Source: Cellulomonas sp.
Lineage (GTDB): Bacteria; Actinomycetota; Actinomycetes; Actinomycetales; Cellulomonadaceae
NCBI GenBank assembly: GCA_031556715.1
Contig: JAVBSR010000089.1
Location: 1-62,302, forward strand
DNA length: 62,302 bases
Direction: 5' to 3'
Below, piece by piece: positions 59,133 to 62,302 of this stretch. The notes beneath the pieces are model-generated. The model saw only the letters and a list, made by a program, of their open reading frames with translations. It was not told the origin of the DNA and did not search any database. Every line of letters starts with the position of its first letter. The first letter of the stretch is position 1. A program made the position numbers and the translations under genes.

Positions 59133-59711
59133 TCAGGCTGCGGACGAGTCGAGCAGCTGGACGCCGGCCGCGGCCAGGTCGGCGCGGGCGGCCGCGCCCG
59201 CCTCGGGGGTGACCGGGACGGTCAGGTCGGTCAGGACGCGGGTGGCCAGTCCCTCGGTGACAGCGTCCAGGGCGGTGGCCCGCACGCAGTGGGACTCGGC
59301 GATGCCGACCACGTCGACGGCGTCGATGTCTGCGTCGACCAGCACCGCTGCCAGGGAGCGACCGTCCGGGGCCACGCCGTCGAAACCCGAGTAGGCGGCG
59401 GCGAACTCGCCCTTCTTCACCTGCACGTCGGGGTGCAGGTCGGCCAGGGCCGGGTGCAGCTCGGCCTCGGAGGTGCCTGCGACGCCGTGCGCCGGCCAGG
59501 TGTCGACGAAGTCCGGCTCGGGCGAGAAGTGCCCGCCCGGGTCGACGTGCCAGTCCTGGGTGGTCACCACCAGGGCGTAGCGGTCGCGGTGGGCGGCGGC
59601 GTAGTCGGCCACCGCCTGCGCGGTCCGGTTGCCACCAGCCACGGGCAGGGCACCGCCCTCGCAGAATGTCGGCTGCACGTCGACGACAATCAGGGCCCGG
59701 TGCTGCGGCAT
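59133..59711 (-). CDS. pncA: Nicotinamidase/pyrazinamidase
   Basis: VVDVQPTFCEGGAL, QDWH, WPAH, KG...AYSGF, GIAESHCV. Confidence 0.9.
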   Translation of the reverse strand: MPQHRALIVVDVQPTFCEGGALPVAGGNRTAQAVADYAAAHRDRYALVVTTQDWHVDPGGHFSPEPDFVDTWPAHGVAGTSEAELHPALADLHPDVQVKKGEFAAAYSGFDGVAPDGRSLAAVLVDADIDAVDVVGIAESHCVRATALDAVTEGLATRVLTDLTVPVTPEAGAAARADLAAAGVQLLDSSAA

Positions 59712-59867
59712 GGTCAGTCCTCCCTCGGCGTCCGGCTTCCATCCTGCCACCTGGTGGGCGGGTGGAAACCCGTCGGCGTGTCGTGGCCGGGAGGACAACC
59801 GCGGTAGCTATCGTCATGCGGGGTGGCCCGTCTGGGCTGCCCGAACCACGACGATGCGGGGACGGGT

Positions 59868-60035
59868 ATGCCAGCCAAGATCAAGACCTGGTTGATCTGG
59901 TTGACCGTCGCGTTCCTGGTGTTCGCGGTGGTACGGAACCCCAGCCAGGCAGCCAACGTGGTCCGGGCCATCTGGGACCTGATCTACATGACGATCTCGG
60001 GGTTCGTGACGTTCTTCGGCGAGCTTGTGTCGTAG
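59868..60035 (+). CDS. Small membrane protein (55 aa)
   Basis: KTWLIWLTVAFLVFAVVRNP..AA; sits 2 nt before the PH-domain gene. Confidence 0.7.
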   Translation: MPAKIKTWLIWLTVAFLVFAVVRNPSQAANVVRAIWDLIYMTISGFVTFFGELVS

Positions 60036-60037
60036 GC

Positions 60038-60859
60038 ATGGGGTTCGTCGAGGTCCCGAAGCGCGGTGAGCGGGCGTTCAGCGGGCGGCTGGCACCGGGC
60101 GAGCGCTTCGTCTTCGTGGGCCGTCGGCACTGGGTGGTCATCGCCGAGCCGGTCGCCTCCGCGGTGCTCAGCTTCTTCCTCGTCGTGTCTTTCATGTGGC
60201 GGTACGAGCAGGAGCACGGCCAGGACGCGAGCTTCCTGCTGGTGCTCTGGCTGCTGGTCGCCGGGCGGGCGGCGTTCCACGTCACGGAGTGGTGGTTCGG
60301 CTGGTTCGGCTCGACCAACCGCCGGTTGCTGCTGCAGACGGGGATCATCTTCCACAAGGTGGCGATGATGCCGCTGGAGAAGGTCACCGACATGAGCTAC
60401 ACCCGGTCCCCGTGGGGGCAGATCTTCGGGTACGGGCAGTTCATCATGGAGTCGGCGGGGCAGGACCAGGCGCTGCGCAAGGTCCGGTTCATCCCCCACT
60501 CGGACGAGACGTACGAGCTGCTGATCACCACGATGTTCGGACCGAAGGACGAGCCGGCGAGACGGACCTTCGACGACGCGCCCGAGGTCCACGCGGACGA
60601 CGACGACCAGCTCGACGACCTGAGGGTGTACTCGATCGACGAGTGGGAGAAGATGTCGGCCGAGTCGCCCGACGGCCTGCCGCCGTCCATCCCTCCCCGG
60701 TCACGACGCGTCGGGTCGTCCGCACGGCCGGTCCGGGAACCGCCGACGGGCGAGCTCGACGTGGACACCCAGGTGATCGACCTGACCGACGAGGTCGCGC
60801 TCAAGAGCGACCAGTGGCAGAAGGGGTACCCCCTGGTCACCGACCCGGGCGACGACTGA
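60038..60859 (+). CDS. Bacterial PH-domain (bPH_2) membrane protein
   Basis: GE......RRHW, TNRRL, MPLEKVTDM, FGYG....ESAGQDQAL. Confidence 0.88.
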   Translation: MGFVEVPKRGERAFSGRLAPGERFVFVGRRHWVVIAEPVASAVLSFFLVVSFMWRYEQEHGQDASFLLVLWLLVAGRAAFHVTEWWFGWFGSTNRRLLLQTGIIFHKVAMMPLEKVTDMSYTRSPWGQIFGYGQFIMESAGQDQALRKVRFIPHSDETYELLITTMFGPKDEPARRTFDDAPEVHADDDDQLDDLRVYSIDEWEKMSAESPDGLPPSIPPRSRRVGSSARPVREPPTGELDVDTQVIDLTDEVALKSDQWQKGYPLVTDPGDD

Positions 60860-60982
60860 CGCCCCCGGTCGGCCGGTGGACTGCCGGCGAGGTTCCGGGC
60901 CCGGGCGCGGGCCGACGCCCGTCACCAGCCCGACGTGCTCCGGCTGACCGCGCTCTGGCCAGCCACGCCCTAGGATCGAGCC

Positions 60983-62302
60983 ATGGCTCGAATCCTGTCT
61001 GCTGTCGCCTGGCCGTACGCCAACGGCCCACGTCATATCGGTCACGTCGCCGGGTTCGGCGTCCCCTCGGACGTCTTCTCCCGGTACATGCGCATGGCCG
61101 GTCACGACGTGCTCATGGTGTCCGGCACCGACGAGCACGGTACGCCCATCCTGGTCCAGGCCGAGGCTGAGGGTGTCAGCGCGCAGACGCTGGCCGACCG
61201 GTACAACCGGGTCATCGTCGAGGACCTGGCCGCCCTCGGGCTGTCCTACGACCTGTTCACCCGCACCACGACGCGCAACCACTACGCGGTGGTGCAGGAG
61301 ATGTTCCGCACCGTGCACCGCAACGGCTACATGGTGGAGCAGACCACCATGGGCGCCATCAGCCCGTCCACCGGCCGCACCCTGCCCGACCGTTACATCG
61401 AGGGCACCTGCCCGATCTGCGGCTACGACGGGGCGCGTGGTGACCAGTGCGACAGCTGCGGCAACCAGCTGGACGCGGTCGACCTGATCAACCCGCGGTC
61501 GAAGATCAACGGGGAGAAGCCGAAGTTCGTGGAGTCCACGCACTTCTTCCTCGACCTGCCGGCCTTCGTCGACGCCCTGGGCTCGTGGCTGCGCACCCGG
61601 ACCGCCTGGCGGCCCAACGTGCTGAAGTTCTCCCTCAACCTGCTGGACGACGTGCGCCCCCGGGCCATGACCCGCGACATCGACTGGGGCATCCCGGTGC
61701 CGCTGCCCGGCTGGGAGGACAATCCGGCCAAGCGTCTGTACGTCTGGTTCGACGCGGTCATCGGGTATCTGTCGGCCTCGGTCGAGTGGGCCCGGCGCAC
61801 CGGTGACGACGAGGCGTGGCGCAGCTGGTGGAACGACACCGACGCGCTGACCTACTACTTCATGGGCAAGGACAACATCACTTTCCACTCCCAGATCTGG
61901 CCGGCCGAGCTGCTGGGCTACGCCGGCGGCGGCGCCAAGGGCGGAGAACCAGGGTCGTACGGCCGCCTGAACCTGCCCACCGAGGTGGTCTCCTCGGAGT
62001 TCCTCAACGTCGAGGGCAAGCAGTTCTCCACCTCCCGCGGTGTGGTCATCCACGTGCGGGACTTCCTGGCCCGGTACCAGCCCGACGCGCTGCGCTACTA
62101 CCTGTCCATCGCCGGCCCGGAGTCGCAGGACGTCGACTTCACCTGGTCCGAGTTCTACCGTCGGACCAACGACGAGCTGGTCGCCGGGTGGGGCAACCTG
62201 GTCAACCGCACCGCCAGCATGGTGGCCGCCAGCTTCGGCCAGATCCCGGCCCCCGGTGTGCGCACCCCCCGCGACGAAGAGCTGCTGGCCACGACGACGA
62301 CC
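60983..62302 (+). CDS. metG: Methionyl-tRNA synthetase (3'-truncated by the window)
   Basis: [20 protein letters not shown], zinc knuckle, YVWFDA, GKDNI, QFSTSRG. Confidence 0.97.
   Translation, partial: MARILSAVAWPYANGPRHIGHVAGFGVPSDVFSRYMRMAGHDVLMVSGTDEHGTPILVQAEAEGVSAQTLADRYNRVIVEDLAALGLSYDLFTRTTTRNHYAVVQEMFRTVHRNGYMVEQTTMGAISPSTGRTLPDRYIEGTCPICGYDGARGDQCDSCGNQLDAVDLINPRSKINGEKPKFVESTHFFLDLPAFVDALGSWLRTRTAWRPNVLKFSLNLLDDVRPRAMTRDIDWGIPVPLPGWEDNPAKRLYVWFDAVIGYLSASVEWARRTGDDEAWRSWWNDTDALTYYFMGKDNITFHSQIWPAELLGYAGGGAKGGEPGSYGRLNLPTEVVSSEFLNVEGKQFSTSRGVVIHVRDFLARYQPDALRYYLSIAGPESQDVDFTWSEFYRRTNDELVAGWGNLVNRTASMVAASFGQIPAPGVRTPRDEELLATTTT

Overview
High-GC actinobacterial chromosome segment, Micrococcales/Cellulomonas-like by gene content (inference). 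Conserved housekeeping arms flank an accessory island. Left arm: SpoIIE/STAS pair, fbaA, trmH-like, yihY, dedA, pyrE, radA, topA. Right arm: tmk, holB, TAP-like hydrolase, tRNA-Thr(CGT), ung, pmt, rsmI, pncA, partial metG. The ~30 kb island between topA and tmk is entirely on the + strand. It encodes a Tad/Flp pilus machine (SAF, TadZ-like, CpaF/TadA, TadB, TadC, Flp, two TadE, TadG) and a 1099-aa LysM-TM-BTAD protein. These are interleaved with repeated, often lower-GC cassettes: (A) small lipoproteins x4; (B) secreted proteins with variable N-termini and a conserved PKD-like C-terminus x3; (C) helical WXG100/LXG-like proteins x3; (D) large lipoproteins x2; and a mycosin-like subtilase lacking catalytic His and Ser. 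Gaps between cassettes hold decayed fragments of B, D, TadE and TadG genes, consistent with recombinational cassette turnover. The island is bracketed by two paralogous membrane-protein genes. Outside it lies a Flp-pilin-BACON-SGNH lipase fusion coupled to a lipoprotein. Best candidate for a new system: a Tad-pilus-associated polymorphic effector/adhesin system built partly from type VII secretion-like parts. All family assignments come from motif reading by eye; no searches were run.
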